Program-made: the position numbers and the translations under genes
Shown here: positions 42,259 to 43,388 of the stretch, in pieces
Layout of the letters: every line of letters starts with the position of its first letter
Position numbering within the stretch: position 1 is the first letter of the stretch
Assembly (NCBI GenBank): GCA_002269645.1
Contig: NIVC01004521.1
Span: 1 to 43,388, forward strand
DNA length: 43,388 bases
DNA from: Macrostomum lignano
Taxonomy: Eukaryota
Direction of reading: 5' to 3'
The notes under the pieces: model-generated
Databases searched by the model: none
Told to the model about the DNA's origin: nothing
What the model saw: the letters and a program-made list of their open reading frames with translations, nothing else

Positions 42259-43078
42259 TTAGTAATCGTGCAGGGTCTCTCTAGGATCATATTCGTCGGC
42301 CTCGTAGTCGCAAGCGTTACGAGGATAATAGTTGAAATCGTCGTCAAAATAATTTAGTTAAATGAATATGAATTTCGTTAAAGAAGTCTTCATGAGATCT
42401 CTGGGCCGAAGGCATCGAATCAAATGCTATTTTCTTAGCTACTGCACTTGCAGTAGTACTCGATGGCACCAACACGGCTAGAAGAGGACACAACTTCTAA
42501 TGCATTAGCACCAGCCGCTTCAACACGATTGTCAGAGGCATCACTAGCTGACATCTGTTGCATAGATGAATGTTCAACTTCAGCACTGTCAGCATGCAGT
42601 AAGGTCTTGCACAAACATTCTCTCTGCTTCCATTCTCAAATTATCGCAGTCTCTCCAACAGTCGCAAATTGTATCGACGAATCTGCCCGCTTCTCTGGCT
42701 CTTGATGCGGCGGTCAACCTGACAACCTGCTTGACTGTTGATTGCAACTGTTCCAATTCTTCGTCTTTATCTGTAGCAACATCGAAACACTTTTTATCTA
42801 ATAAATCTTCAAACGCTTTCAAATGGCGACCTTCTTTAACCATTGCAGTGTACTTGTCCACTTCTTGACCAACTAGCCGTTGAATCGACTGCGCGAGAAA
42901 GCTTCAACAACGCAGATGCCGTACAGATACCGGTCAGAATAAGCATCCGGTTGGCGTAACAAATCGTCGTATTTTTCTGGTAGCTCGACGTTCAATTGTT
43001 CGGCGTTGTTCCAGCTCAAGGGACTGCTGTGTCGCGAATGGAGTCTGCGATGTTTTTAGCCAGACCGAAATCAGCAAT
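42259..43078 (-). pseudogene. Third paralogous kinase C-lobe exon (same family as kinases A and B), multiply frameshifted; its N-lobe exons lie outside the window
   Basis: Acceptor ttattgcag|IADFGLAK at the same phase-0 position as in A and B. Across frames: QSLELEQRRTIER-LPEKYDDLLRQPDAYSDRYLYGICVVEAFS, DKYTAMVKEGRHLKAFEDLL, HQEPEKRA, CW. The tail ends ...DYEADEYDPRETLHDY** (the end is approximate). Confidence 0.78.
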
Positions 43079-43388
43079 CTGCAATAAAGCAAAATTTATA
43101 ACAGCTACTGTTCTGTAGTGACTAACTTGAAAGTCCCATCTGTACGCTCAATTCAACGCTCAACTCAACACTCAAGCTTCCCTACGATCTAGACCAGACC
43201 TCTTCACTCCACTTCACTTCCTTCTGACCGACCTTCCGTGTCGCCGTCAAGCCTGCACATCCCGCAGTATGCTGATTACATCTCAATCTGTGCGCGCGGA
43301 CGTCGTCTGTCATCAAACTTCCTGAGCTCATCCAACCGTACCTTGACTAGCTCTAATACCTTTATCTCGAAAACAAAAGACTTCGCTT

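Overview
Eukaryotic, intron-containing metazoan DNA. The abundant GATA/GACA satellites, intronic minisatellites and CAG-rich coding DNA suggest a Macrostomum-like flatworm, but that assignment is inference. Left to right: two apparently intronless DEG/ENaC channel paralogs (the first frameshifted in its 5' half, the second a deleted, stop-containing pseudogene); a 78-bp-arm foldback element; an intronless 2-TM orphan gene; a truncated Crypton/DUF3504-like tyrosine-recombinase element; an intact multi-exon CaMKK gene (minus strand); LINE remnants; a 372-aa orphan ORF; and a 13-exon minus-strand gene. I could splice that gene by hand, fully in frame, into an 888-aa protein: kinase A (probable pseudokinase) - kinase B - RHIM-like motif - death domain. 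A third, frameshifted paralogous kinase exon lies just upstream of it. This RIPK1-like tandem-kinase/death-domain locus is the strongest candidate for an undescribed system. I found no supportable rRNA, tRNA or CRISPR array. All family assignments come from motifs recognised by eye, not from database searches.
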